43,061 nucleotides of DNA from a virus (taxonomy: Duplodnaviria > Caudoviricetes): positions 1 to 43,061 of the IMG/VR virus record IMGVR_UViG_3300037722_000838, one strand, 5' to 3'. Every line of letters starts with the position of its first letter. Within the stretch, counting starts at the first letter, position 1. The position numbers were made by a program, and so were the translations under genes. Under the pieces are notes generated by a model, which worked only from the letters and a program-made list of their open reading frames with translations, was not told the origin of the DNA and did not search any database. Positions 25,708-36,100 of this stretch are shown here, piece after piece.

Positions 25708-27197
25708 TCCAGAGACGTTCCGTCATGGGCGCGGAACCCGGCACTGTCGAGAGCGGAGTGGATCGCCGCTTTCAGGGTGGCCTCTGACGCTCCCGAATGG
25801 GCGGCCCACGCTGACGCCACCGCGAGCATCGCATCCTCAGTGGTGGCCTCCCCGTCGGGATGATTGTCGATTTGGAACACATCCGATACCCGCTCGAAAC
25901 CCTCCGACGTCCTGAACCCTCGCCGCGCCGACCGCCCGATCGGGGAGAGGACAAGGTTCCCTGAAAGCCGGTGGAACTGGGCGAAGCTGAGCGCGGTAAT
26001 AGCCAGCGCAGCACCGAACAGGACCGTGACCGACGGAATGTCGGCGACAATGGTGATCGTCTGAGCTGACACGTTCACCGACGCCGACAGCGACGCCGTG
26101 GGGATCCCCGTCGACACCGACACCGCGGCGACAGCTTTCTCCGCCGAGGCGGTGATGGTTGCCTGGGGGATGGCCGTAACCACGTCCACCGGGGTAGCTG
26201 CCTGTTCGACAGAGGCAGACACTGACGGTTGGGGGACTGCCGCGGGAGCTTCGACGGCCGCTGGGGTTCCTGCCGCGTCTCCCGACCCGGTGACGGTCGG
26301 GAGGGGCACCGCCGCCGGAGCTGAGACGGTGGTGGCATCCTTCTCGACTGAGGCTGGCACCGTGGGTTGAGGGACCGCGGAGGGAACGTCGACGGCTGTG
26401 GCGGGCTTCTCCACGCTTGCTGTCACCGCGGCTGCTGGGACCGCTGCTGGGACTCCAACCGCGGTAGCCAACTTTTCCGCCGAGGCGGTGACGGTCACCT
26501 GGGGGATGCCTGCTGCCACCGCCACCGTGGCCGGGGTTGCTGTGTCATCCCCGCCCGCCCCGGCAGGGCGGATTGCAATAGTGAACCCGTACCACGCATC
26601 CCCGGCGTTCCACGTCCAATCGCCCGGGTCTTCAGCACCGGCTGTCGCTATCTCTTTGGTGGCGATTGCCGAGCCGTGGGCGTTGGTGTCGTTGCGGCCG
26701 GCAGACCCAAGATTTGAGTACCCGGTGGGTGCTGCTCCAGCTACTGCCTGTTTTTGCTGTGACCCACCAACAATCACCCACGCCCCGTCGGTGACGGTGG
26801 TTATCCCCGAATAGTTGATCGGGTCGGCGGTCGACTCACCAGTCTCAACAATGGTCGCGTCCAGCGGAGTAGTCGCGTCCACACCCCTGAGAACAACGCA
26901 GGCATAGGTAACGGCGTCCCGATTGTCTCCCCCTCCCTGGCAGACCACCGACGCATCCGGAGAGGCTCCCAAAAACTTCGTCCAGACACCTGTGGCGAAA
27001 CCGGCCCGCTGGTGTAGTCCCTGTTGGGTGTAGCCGGCCGTTGAGGGACCGACTGGCTCGTCGGCGTCGTTGTTTCCGTTGCCGCCGACCAGAACGACCA
27101 GGTCATCCTCGGCTGGAGTTCCATCAAAGGTGAGAGTGACATCGTTACCGTTGAGGGCCGAGTCGGCCTGGGCGGTGCCGACAATCGTTATAGCCAT
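25704..27197 (-). CDS. Fibre/adhesin-like virion protein with Ala/Val/Thr repeats
   Basis: N-terminal beta-sandwich; roughly 22-24-aa repeats (ATAV.VP.AVP...VTASVEK). Confidence 0.65.
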   Translation of the reverse strand: MAITIVGTAQADSALNGNDVTLTFDGTPAEDDLVVLVGGNGNNDADEPVGPSTAGYTQQGLHQRAGFATGVWTKFLGASPDASVVCQGGGDNRDAVTYACVVLRGVDATTPLDATIVETGESTADPINYSGITTVTDGAWVIVGGSQQKQAVAGAAPTGYSNLGSAGRNDTNAHGSAIATKEIATAGAEDPGDWTWNAGDAWYGFTIAIRPAGAGGDDTATPATVAVAAGIPQVTVTASAEKLATAVGVPAAVPAAAVTASVEKPATAVDVPSAVPQPTVPASVEKDATTVSAPAAVPLPTVTGSGDAAGTPAAVEAPAAVPQPSVSASVEQAATPVDVVTAIPQATITASAEKAVAAVSVSTGIPTASLSASVNVSAQTITIVADIPSVTVLFGAALAITALSFAQFHRLSGNLVLSPIGRSARRGFRTSEGFERVSDVFQIDNHPDGEATTEDAMLAVASAWAAHSGASEATLKAAIHSALDSAGFRAHDGTSLD

Positions 27198-27258
27198 CGA
27201 CGGCCCCCTAGCCCATTACCCGACGGCTTCGTCCGACTGGACAATATCAGACAGGGCA

Positions 27259-28137
27259 TCAGTCGAGTTCTGCTACTACCTGCCCGTCGCCCATCGAGTC
27301 GTAGTACACGATCATCCCCACCAGCCCGTCCTCGCAGGCGATCACCGTCACCCGATCCTCGGATACGGAGTGAAGATTGAACACAATGTTGTTGGCCACG
27401 GTGTTGGTGTAGTCGCGGATGTCGATGACGTTGCCCTGTCCGTCGAAGAACCCAATCCGAGGTCGTTCGTCAACGGGCCGACAAGCACCGTCATAGTCGA
27501 TGGGGGAGCGCACGTCGGTGCAGTCCTCGTCCTGAATCTCATTAGTGCCGGCGGTGTGGAGTGTTCCATCTAGATACCTCTGTGCTTCGGGCATGTAACG
27601 ATCGTTGACCTTGCCGTAGGCCTGCCCCAGTGGACGGACGAAGGAGTACCGGCCGATGATGTCCCCCGAACCGTCGGCGTAGAAGCCATACCCGCAGCGG
27701 TAGCCTTCCCGATCACCGGGCAGGCTCTTAGCTCCCGGTTGGTACAGGCCACCGTCGCCCCAATAGTCAGCATCCCACCAGAACGTTCCGGTCTCGGCGT
27801 TGGTCAGCATGAAGGTAAACCCGTCGCTCTCAGGTAACCCCCTGGACGGGTAGGGCTCGGTCGGCGGAATTACTAATCCTGCATCAATTGTGGTCGAAGT
27901 AGTAGTTGGTGCTGATGTGGTCGTTGTCGGCTGAGTCGTCGTGGTCGAGGTCGAGGTGGTCGTTGTGGTTGCCGGCGCACAGTCGGTGTTGGGGAGTTCC
28001 ACACCATCGGCGAGAAAGCACAGATCCTCCTCAATGCCGCCGCCCCACAACTGGTCGTAGACCGACGGGGCAGCAACTCCTATCGCGGGGATCGCCAGTA
28101 GAGCTATTACAACCCACCCCAGATGCCTCTTATCCAT
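27259..28137 (-). CDS. Secreted protein with signal peptide and Thr-rich linker
   Basis: MDKRHLGWVVIALLAIPAIGVAA signal; PATTTTTSTSTTTTQPTTTT linker; Cys-containing domain; SD AAGGAGG. Confidence 0.75.
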   Translation of the reverse strand: MDKRHLGWVVIALLAIPAIGVAAPSVYDQLWGGGIEEDLCFLADGVELPNTDCAPATTTTTSTSTTTTQPTTTTSAPTTTSTTIDAGLVIPPTEPYPSRGLPESDGFTFMLTNAETGTFWWDADYWGDGGLYQPGAKSLPGDREGYRCGYGFYADGSGDIIGRYSFVRPLGQAYGKVNDRYMPEAQRYLDGTLHTAGTNEIQDEDCTDVRSPIDYDGACRPVDERPRIGFFDGQGNVIDIRDYTNTVANNIVFNLHSVSEDRVTVIACEDGLVGMIVYYDSMGDGQVVAELD

Positions 28138-28148
28138 CACACTCCTCC

Positions 28149-28598
28149 TTACGGGGTCAGATCGAGGTTGAAAATCCCACCCGAACCAGCAGCAGCCCAC
28201 TGGACGGTGAGTGTCCCCGAAGTGGTCGACACCGCAGACACGAAATCGGAGAGGACGATCAGGTTGTCCCCGCCCAACGCGTCGGCGTAGATGATCGCCG
28301 CCATCGCATCAGCAATCGTTGACGAACTCCACGCTGCGTCGGCAGCGTCGAAAACCGCCGACCCGGAAACAGCTTCGGTGAACACCGTGGTAGACAGCGC
28401 CTCACCACCAGCGGAGTACCCGGTCCCCGACGCCTCACCTGACGACGAATACGACACGTCGGAGGAGAAGTCAGGGGTCAACGAGTCGAGGAAGAGAGCA
28501 ACCTTATGGGTTTCCAAATCGAGGTTGATGGCGAGTTGGGTCGTGTCGAACACGTCGATGATGTTCGTCACGTACAAACCTGAGGCGGTGATCGACAT
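28149..28598 (-). CDS. Small virion structural protein (fibre base/adaptor-like)
   Basis: KVALF...GYSAGGEAL...FDAAD..W...AIIY...DF...GTL.VQW...GIF pattern common to phage structural proteins that precede fibres. Confidence 0.65.
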   Translation of the reverse strand: MSITASGLYVTNIIDVFDTTQLAINLDLETHKVALFLDSLTPDFSSDVSYSSSGEASGTGYSAGGEALSTTVFTEAVSGSAVFDAADAAWSSSTIADAMAAIIYADALGGDNLIVLSDFVSAVSTTSGTLTVQWAAAGSGGIFNLDLTP

Positions 28599-28873
28599 CA
28601 GGAACCTCCCGCTTCGACGTCAGACGCGGCCAGTTTCACACCATGAGACTTCGGGGACACCGTGGCGTCGCCAGGCCCGGAAGGGGCGGTCCGGAAATTG
28701 AGCCGCCAGTTGTCACGGACCTTCGCGAAATCCTGCTGGGCCTTGTGGAACGCCGCCTTCTGCTTGTCGGTCCGCTCGTCGCGGGGGATCGCATGGTATG
28801 CGGCTTTCTGCGCCAGATACTTCTCCTCGGCCTCGGCTAACGCCAGTTGCGCTTTAGCCGTCTTGACGTCCAT
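28598..28873 (-). CDS. Hypothetical protein
   Basis: SD GAGGAGG; TGATG coupling downstream. Confidence 0.7.
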   Translation of the reverse strand: MDVKTAKAQLALAEAEEKYLAQKAAYHAIPRDERTDKQKAAFHKAQQDFAKVRDNWRLNFRTAPSGPGDATVSPKSHGVKLAASDVEAGGS

Positions 28874-29126
28874 GCTGCCTCCTCAAATCGGCCAGTTTCG
28901 CCGTCACCGGCCGGACCGAAGCGGTGGCGTCGACATGACCATCGAACCACTCCCGATGTGCGACCGTCCCCTTCGGTGACACCTGCCCGGTGGAAGCCAC
29001 CCCTTCGACAGTGACATGGCTCCGCTCAGAGAATGGAGTGGTTGGAGGTCGAACCCTGACCATGCCGTGTCTAGTGCATTCCCCAACCGAGCCCGGTCGC
29101 CACACGTCACCGCAGAGATGCTCCAT
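28854..29126 (-). CDS. Hypothetical protein
   Basis: TGATG coupling to the upstream gene. Confidence 0.5.
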   Translation of the reverse strand: MEHLCGDVWRPGSVGECTRHGMVRVRPPTTPFSERSHVTVEGVASTGQVSPKGTVAHREWFDGHVDATASVRPVTAKLADLRRQHGRQDG

Positions 29127-29389
29127 CAATCGAAGACCACCGTCACATCGAGAGCCGCATCCGACGCGGTGACAACCAGCCCATTCACCTGAACGTCGAA
29201 GTCGTAGTTGCCGTTCCCCGCGACGATCGACGCGATGATCGCTATCGGGTTCTCCGCCGTGTCGGTGACGGTCACGGTCGATGAGGCGACCCCTGTGTTG
29301 ACCACGATCCGGCGGAGCACTTGCGCGTCGGGCAAAGCCAGCGGTGTGTCGTCATCAATGTTGCGGTATGTGTGACTTCCTGCACTCAT
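29126..29389 (-). CDS. Small beta-rich virion protein
   Basis: 87 aa; leaderless-type start (TATGAT 8 nt upstream). Confidence 0.65.
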   Translation of the reverse strand: MSAGSHTYRNIDDDTPLALPDAQVLRRIVVNTGVASSTVTVTDTAENPIAIIASIVAGNGNYDFDVQVNGLVVTASDAALDVTVVFD

Positions 29390-29441
29390 CGGCGGTCATC
29401 ATAACCTCGGCCACCAGTGTCCTAGACGCAATACACTAATT

Positions 29442-31004
29442 TCACAGTCCGCCGAGCCCGGCGATCCTCAAACGGCCCTTCTCGTCCTGGAACCCTGCGG
29501 TCTGCTCGAAGCCCGACCCCGCCGCCTGACGGTCACGCTGGAAACGGGCGAGAGCGTTGATCACCTCACCCGGCGTCTTCCCGTTCGGGTTGGTCTCACC
29601 GAAAGCAGCAGCGATCAGATCATCGCGAGTGAACCCAAGTTTCGTGTCCTCCAGCTCGTGGCCAAACCGGACCGTGTTGAGAGCGAGCTCTTGGCTGAGA
29701 GAAGCGAAGGAGTCGGTGGTGAGCAGCCGGTCGGAGGTGTCGACCACTTCCATGAGCAGGTCGATGTCCACGTCCTCAAGCCCCGCACGCTGCAAGGCCG
29801 TCGCCGCGGCAGCCGTGTTCAACGCTTCGACCACATCAGGGATACCAAAACCGGAAAGCGCGTTCAAGAACTCCACCTCGTCGATCGACCCGAGCCCCGA
29901 CGCTTCGAGGATCAGGTTCGCCTGAGTGAACGACGTTGGGTCAGATCGGAAAATGTCGGCTTGCTCGAGGACCTGAGCCGCCGCGCCCGGAGTCCAACCC
30001 TCATTCAACAGGCCGTGGAGGTACTCCGTCGATGATGCCTGCTCCCCAGCAAACGGCCTGATCGCCGTCCGCAACGCATTCTCGTCGGCGACCAACTGGT
30101 TCACCGCATCGGAGATGGTCACGTTCCCCGTCAAATAATTGTCGAGCGCACCACCGAACCTTGCGGTGAACGCGCCCGTCCCCGAAAGCTCCTGCCACAA
30201 ACGACCAGACGACCACTCCTGGGCTGTCCCCTGAGCGACCAATGCCAAAGCATCCGGAGCATTCCTCAGCCAGGCCGGCAGATCCTCAAGCCCCAGCGCC
30301 CGCGTCTCACGTTCGATCTGAGAACCCAAAGACTCGGTGGATCCGGCGATCTGGCCGACCGACCCGACCTCGGTGAAACCCTGAGAGTCGAACCCGGACT
30401 GGGAGAGCGTCGAAAACGACGTGAAGTTTTCGATACTGCCGAACATTTCGGTGAACGTGGTTTTGTCACCAACCTCGTAGACCAGCTCCAAACCCATCCA
30501 GTCGTAGGCAATGAAATAGAGCTCAGACGCATCGGCACCCGTCGGGTTGGTCACCCGGACCAGCCGTCCACCCTGAGGGATAATGGTCGACCCGACCTTC
30601 AACGGATCAACATCGGTTACCCCTTTCCCCGGGTCCAGCTTGGCCGGCGCCTGCACATCGGCGAACGCTTTGCTGCCCGAGATCAGAGCATCAGCTCCAG
30701 CCTGGTCGACACCGAGCGTCGACATGATCTTCTCGGTCCCGACGAAATATTTGAAAATGTCGTTCCGGATGCTCGACTCGGTGCGGGTACCAGCATCGAT
30801 TTCGGACGCCCACCGGGAGATATCAGCAGGGTCGATCTTGTGGAGCTCCGACGGGAACAGTCGAAGCATCTGACTGATAGACGAGGCGATCAGGTCGTAC
30901 TGACCGCCGGGAGGGATGAGAGCTTTGAGAGCCTGAGAGTATTTCGCCGCGCCGAAGGTGTCGACATCGCCCGCCTGATAGTCACGGTTCAGGTCGATTG
31001 TCAT
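29442..31004 (-). CDS. Internal virion (ejection) protein
   Basis: 520 aa, helical; third of three large genes after the portal. Confidence 0.55.
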   Translation of the reverse strand: MTIDLNRDYQAGDVDTFGAAKYSQALKALIPPGGQYDLIASSISQMLRLFPSELHKIDPADISRWASEIDAGTRTESSIRNDIFKYFVGTEKIMSTLGVDQAGADALISGSKAFADVQAPAKLDPGKGVTDVDPLKVGSTIIPQGGRLVRVTNPTGADASELYFIAYDWMGLELVYEVGDKTTFTEMFGSIENFTSFSTLSQSGFDSQGFTEVGSVGQIAGSTESLGSQIERETRALGLEDLPAWLRNAPDALALVAQGTAQEWSSGRLWQELSGTGAFTARFGGALDNYLTGNVTISDAVNQLVADENALRTAIRPFAGEQASSTEYLHGLLNEGWTPGAAAQVLEQADIFRSDPTSFTQANLILEASGLGSIDEVEFLNALSGFGIPDVVEALNTAAAATALQRAGLEDVDIDLLMEVVDTSDRLLTTDSFASLSQELALNTVRFGHELEDTKLGFTRDDLIAAAFGETNPNGKTPGEVINALARFQRDRQAAGSGFEQTAGFQDEKGRLRIAGLGGL

Positions 31005-32380
31005 CCGACACCCACCCCTTTAAGAGTCTGCGCGAGCCGTTGGGAGAAGCCTCCACTGTTCTGGACTTCCCTGGTTCTTGACACGCGTTTGGTCTGATCG
31101 ATCGGAGACGCACCAGACGTGACCGCAGCAAACCCCTGCTCCTGGTTGAACTGGTCGCCCTGACCGAACTGGCTGATCCGACCCAGGTAGTCGTTGAGGA
31201 ACTGCTCTTCGGTGGTGCCGGGCAGTTTGTGCTTGAACACCGTCTTGTAGCGAGGTTGGGATTTCAGTTTGCCCCGCACGAAGGTGTCGAAGTCGAGTTG
31301 GCCGCCCTTCCCCGACCAGAACGATTTCGCCTCCCTGATGTACTGGTCGACGATCCCGTTGATGATCCCCATCGGCGCCTCACCCGGCTCCAGCATCCAC
31401 GAATGCCACAGGTCCTCCACCTGGGAGACCAGGTGGTTCCGGTCAAACTCGAGAGCCCGCCTAGTCGTCCCGCCACCCCCTCCTCCCGCCGGCTTCTGGT
31501 TCTCGGTCAGCTTCGCGGTGAACTCCTCCTCACTGATATGAGGGATGATCCCACCCTTCGACACCGCGACCGGAGTGTCATCGTCCGAGACATGGGCCAA
31601 CCTCTCCAACCTGGTCCTCATCGCCGCGAACGTCGAGATGTAGCCCGGCGTGGTCGGGTTCTGAGCGAGCTGCTCCTGCACCCGCAACGACGTCTCCCGG
31701 TCGCCCTGGCGGACCACCGACGAAATCGCCGACCTGACCTTCGCCCCCAGCGACGACGACGGCTGATTCACTGAAAGGTCGATCTGAGGGATGACCGTCT
31801 CCTCGATGAAGTTCACACCGGTCAGCGGGTCGTTGACCACAATCACCGGGACCACTTCCTCCTCCCCCGTCTCCTCGTTGGTCGCCAACAGCTCCGACGT
31901 CCACGCCGGCGGCATCGTGTCGAGGCTGACCCGGAACGGAAGCCACGCCGCTCCCGCCATGAACTCCTCGTTGTTCAACAGGTCGGTCGCTTTCGGCACT
32001 TTGTCGATGGCGTCGGTCGGACCCAGGCCCTGCTCCTCACGCCATTTGAGCGCCCACTCCTCGACGAAGGCGTCTACCAGGGTGGTTGTCCCTGACGGCA
32101 TTTCGATCACAGTGCCGAGCGCGGTGATGATCCGCTCGAATCCGAACTTGTCGGTCGACGCGAAACTGCGGAATTCTGGGACGGCTGGCCCGTCGTCAGT
32201 GTTGGGGTCTTCCCCGCGGGCGGCTTCGTCTACGGTCAGTCCGCTCCCGTCACCGACCGGCAGACCGGTGCCCTCAGAGGTGGTTGTTTCCGCTCCTGAC
32301 ACTTGGGCGTATGCGGCGATGAGGGACTGGTTGAGTTTGGTCAGGTCGGAGAGACCACTGAAAACGGTTGGTAACGTCAC
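31001..32380 (-). CDS. Internal virion (ejection) protein
   Basis: 459 aa with a poly-Gly linker; synteny. Confidence 0.55.
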   Translation of the reverse strand: MTLPTVFSGLSDLTKLNQSLIAAYAQVSGAETTTSEGTGLPVGDGSGLTVDEAARGEDPNTDDGPAVPEFRSFASTDKFGFERIITALGTVIEMPSGTTTLVDAFVEEWALKWREEQGLGPTDAIDKVPKATDLLNNEEFMAGAAWLPFRVSLDTMPPAWTSELLATNEETGEEEVVPVIVVNDPLTGVNFIEETVIPQIDLSVNQPSSSLGAKVRSAISSVVRQGDRETSLRVQEQLAQNPTTPGYISTFAAMRTRLERLAHVSDDDTPVAVSKGGIIPHISEEEFTAKLTENQKPAGGGGGGTTRRALEFDRNHLVSQVEDLWHSWMLEPGEAPMGIINGIVDQYIREAKSFWSGKGGQLDFDTFVRGKLKSQPRYKTVFKHKLPGTTEEQFLNDYLGRISQFGQGDQFNQEQGFAAVTSGASPIDQTKRVSRTREVQNSGGFSQRLAQTLKGVGVG

Positions 32381-32619
32381 TGATCACCTTCTCTATCCGC
32401 CGCTCGCTGCGATCGGCCACCAGCGGTCCACCGCTCCCACAGAGGATATGTCTTGTCGAGTAACCAGCCGCCCACTGGCATGAGAATCTTCGTCCAAACG
32501 AACCAGATCGTTACAACCAGACCGACCGCGAACATCAGTAGCTCAAACGTTATGTCGCCAGTGGCGACTCGTTCGAAGGGGCTCTGGTCAGGGTGGTGCA
32601 TGCTCAGAAAGACCATCAT
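32377..32619 (-). CDS. Small membrane protein following HNH
   Basis: TM FELLMFAVGLVVTIWFVWTKILM; coupled on both sides. Confidence 0.55.
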   Translation of the reverse strand: MMVFLSMHHPDQSPFERVATGDITFELLMFAVGLVVTIWFVWTKILMPVGGWLLDKTYPLWERWTAGGRSQRAADREGDQ

Positions 32620-33128
32620 GCCGTCCTAGCTATGTCGCGGCGCCGCAGGTTCTCTTGTGTCGTCACGGGTTCTAAGTCACCGGGATTGACACAAGGCCGA
32701 TTGAAACACAAGTGGTCGAGCTCCAGGCCCTCGGGAATCGGCCCCACCAGAAGCTCATACGCGAAGCGGTGGGCGCGTACAAACCGGCCGTCGACACCCA
32801 GCACGCCATATCCGTCCTTGTCGGTCGTCCCGGTCCACACCCAACAGCCGTCACTAATGAGCACCTTCGACCAAAAGCGCCGCCAGTCATTACCGACAAT
32901 CAGACCGGTCTTCTCTGGGTCGCCGTGTTTCCGCCACCGCTGATAGTGCTTCTCGCAGAGGCCTTTCGCTTTGTGGGGTTCTTCGCAGCCAGCCACCTCA
33001 CAACCGATTCGACTCTGTATCCGCAGGATCTTCTTCGGGTCCCGATACTTCAACCACCGCCGATAGTGCTTATTGCACAGCCCTCGCGCGTGAGGCGTCT
33101 TAGCGCATTCTTCGACTGAACAGATCAT
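32616..33128 (-). CDS. HNH homing endonuclease with two N-terminal Zn knuckles
   Basis: CSVEEC..GLCNKHY and CEVAGC..GLCEKHY, then RFWSKV...LDHLCFNRPCVNP...TTQEN. Confidence 0.9.
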   Translation of the reverse strand: MICSVEECAKTPHARGLCNKHYRRWLKYRDPKKILRIQSRIGCEVAGCEEPHKAKGLCEKHYQRWRKHGDPEKTGLIVGNDWRRFWSKVLISDGCWVWTGTTDKDGYGVLGVDGRFVRAHRFAYELLVGPIPEGLELDHLCFNRPCVNPGDLEPVTTQENLRRRDIARTA

Positions 33129-36100
33129 GACTGGCCCTCCGCAAGTATGGCCTCTAAGTCTAGAACCCGACCTCCAGTCCCGGCGCCTCTGGGATTGTCA
33201 GCACTAAACACAGACGGATCCCAAATGGGTACCCCGTCAATGTATAACCAGGCCAAGAGTCTGCGTTCTCCGGGTGCCGACAGTTGAGTCAAGCCAAACA
33301 ATTCTGGTCGATAGATCCCAAGGGTGATCTCCTCGGCCCCGGCGACGACTCGCGCCAATTGCTCCCTCGCTTCCGAATACCCCGGCTGCGTCACCTCCGG
33401 CGCATTTAGGCCTACGAACCGAACCCGCATCGGTCCGTCTTCGAGGAGGATCGACACGGTGTCCCCATCAATCACCGCCAGATCATTCAAGTCGTCGCCT
33501 GCCACCTGGATGCCCGACTCGAGGTCGGCGACTGGCGGCGGGACTGGCGGGGTGTAGTCGATCGGACCGAAGATCGGTTCTATCTCCTGGCGGTAATCAG
33601 CCAGAGTGGTGTAGCCAAGGTTGATGGCTTCGGTGAACCGGGAGCGGATCTCCGCCAACGTTTCTTCTGGCCAGTCCTCCATGCTCTCGATCCCCTGGTC
33701 CTGGAAGTACTTGTCGGCCTCGCCCAGATCGTCGAGCAGTCCCGTCCCGAAAGCGTCGCCGTGTTTGGCAAGCTGGCCGTGCACCGCCCCATTCTGCAAT
33801 GTGTTCAACAGGACCGGTTGAGCCACCTTGAACCGCTCATCGAAGTCGCCGATCAAAGAGTGGAACTCCCCGTAGGTGAGTTCGGTCCCGGCGGTCAGAT
33901 CCATCCCCGCCGCCGCCAACACTTTCGCTTCGTTCTCACCGAGGACAAACGACTTCGCCGCCAACGATTCGGAGATCCGACCGGACCACGGCTTGTAAGA
34001 AATCCACTCCCACACTCCATGGACCGCCCGGGCCCCGGACTTGTATACCGCTGCGGCGGCGTCGAACGCCCACTCCTCCACAGGACGCGAAACGATCCAC
34101 CCGTTCTTTCGGGCGTCTGACATCAGCTCAGACCCTTCGGGACCGGGCGGGACATTCTGGGTTCTTCCCGTCAGGGCGCTGATGTAGGTGTTCTTGAATT
34201 CGGCGTGGTCGTCGGAGCGGACCGGGATCCCCGAATCCTCGGTTTTCCCGATCAGGTTCACCGCGATCTCCGGGTGGATCAGGTGGAGGTAGTCCATGAA
34301 ACTGAATCCGGGATACACCTCGCGGCGTCCCGCCTCGAAGTACGCGGTGGTGAGTCGATCCCGTAAGAACTCAAGGTCGTCAGGGGCGGCGGTCCCCTCG
34401 AGGTATGAGTCCCAGATCGCTTTGATCCGCGGTTGGCCTTCGACGTCGAGGAGGTCGTTCTGTTGGAAGATCCCCGCCGACGACATCGACGCGAACACTT
34501 CCTCATCGAACAATCCTTCGTAGGCGCGGAGAGCCCGGTACTCGGCGTCGTAGCCGGTGAGAGGAAACACTCGGTCCCTGAGGTCCTGGTTCCACTCCTG
34601 GCGGTTTGCTTCGATCGCGCCTTTGACCGCGATCTCGCCGATCCGCTGGTTGAACTCGTCCGACCCCGGGACCAACGCCCAGATGCTCGCCTCGCCGTCG
34701 AGGTCCTCCTTGAAGAAGTCGGAGATCATCGACACTTGGAAGTCCCCCGTCGCTGACGGCACTTTCCCGTCAAGGACGATGTTGGTCAGCGACGCGCCGA
34801 GCCCGGTGTCGGTGTGGACATCCTCACCGAAAAACGTGTACCCGAGACGAGAGGCGCTGCCGGCGAGATCGCGCAGCGAACGACGCGACGTCGGGATCAC
34901 CCGGTCGAACATCTCCTCGAGGACACCACCCTCGCCGACCTCGGTGAACCCGAGCGCGGGGAACAACGTCTCGAAAGCGTCGATCGTCTCATCGTCAAAC
35001 ATGCCCTTGTCGACCATCAGGTCGAACATCCACGACGGCAGAGCCCCGAACTGAGGGGACACGTCCAACAGGAATTCTTGGTCGAAGTGGAACGGGAAGA
35101 AGGTCAGGTTGTCGATCGTCTGGTCGAGGAAACTGTCATGCTCGTTGTTCACCCCGGCGACGAGGTGGGAGAACTTCCCGAAAGCGCGGGCGTTGATCGG
35201 AATCCGTTCCACCGTCTGAGAGAGCGCCTGGTTGATCCTGGGGAACTTGGCCCGCGCCTCGAGAGGGATTCTCAGTGTCATCGGCTTGGTCAGGTGGTCG
35301 GACCACCACGACAGGAAATCCATTTGTGCCCTGGCAAACGGGAACATCAGCCCGGCCTCAACCCCGCGTCCGGCGAGCGACGACGCGGTGAACCGGTACA
35401 TCAGGTCATCGGCCCGCCGTTCGGCGTAGGCGGCGGCCCGAGCCTGTATCTGCGATTCGAGTTTCGCTCCGGTCTGGCGGACAAGGTGGGATACCGTCTG
35501 GTTGTCCATCCCCTGTTTCAGCATGAACTGTGCTTCCTCGATCGGCTTTTTGGCGTAGTCCGCCACCGTCTCCGCGGTGAGGACCTTGCTTCCGTGACGG
35601 GTGCGGAGAATGTCCATCGCCTCATCGAAGTAGTGCTCGAAGAACACCCCGGCGCGCCTTCCCGACGGAGCCCCGAAAAAAGTGTTGAAGATCGACGTTC
35701 CCGGCCCGGTCTTCCCGCTCAGCCCCGGCACCTGCTCTATCGCGTTGAGCAGCGACGCGTCCTTCACCACGTCGAGCCGTCCGCCCTCCGATGTTGCTGC
35801 CTTCCTCAACGCCCGGCGCATCGCGTTCCGCTGGTTCGGTTTGACCAACAGCTCGATCCAATGCTCGAAAGCGTTGTCGATGATGCCGAATGCTTCGTTG
35901 GCGGTGAGCTCGGTCCCCATCTTCACCGATTCGCGGATCGTGACTTTGGTCTGGCGGGCCTCCGCTTTCCCTGGTCGTCCGGTCCCCGCGCCGTTGTCCC
36001 ACCAGTCGATGAACCCCTGTGGGGCGATCTTGGTTCCGTCCTCGAGGATCTGGGCTTCGTCAATCCACCGGGCGTACTCACGGAACCTGGTGTCTTGGAG

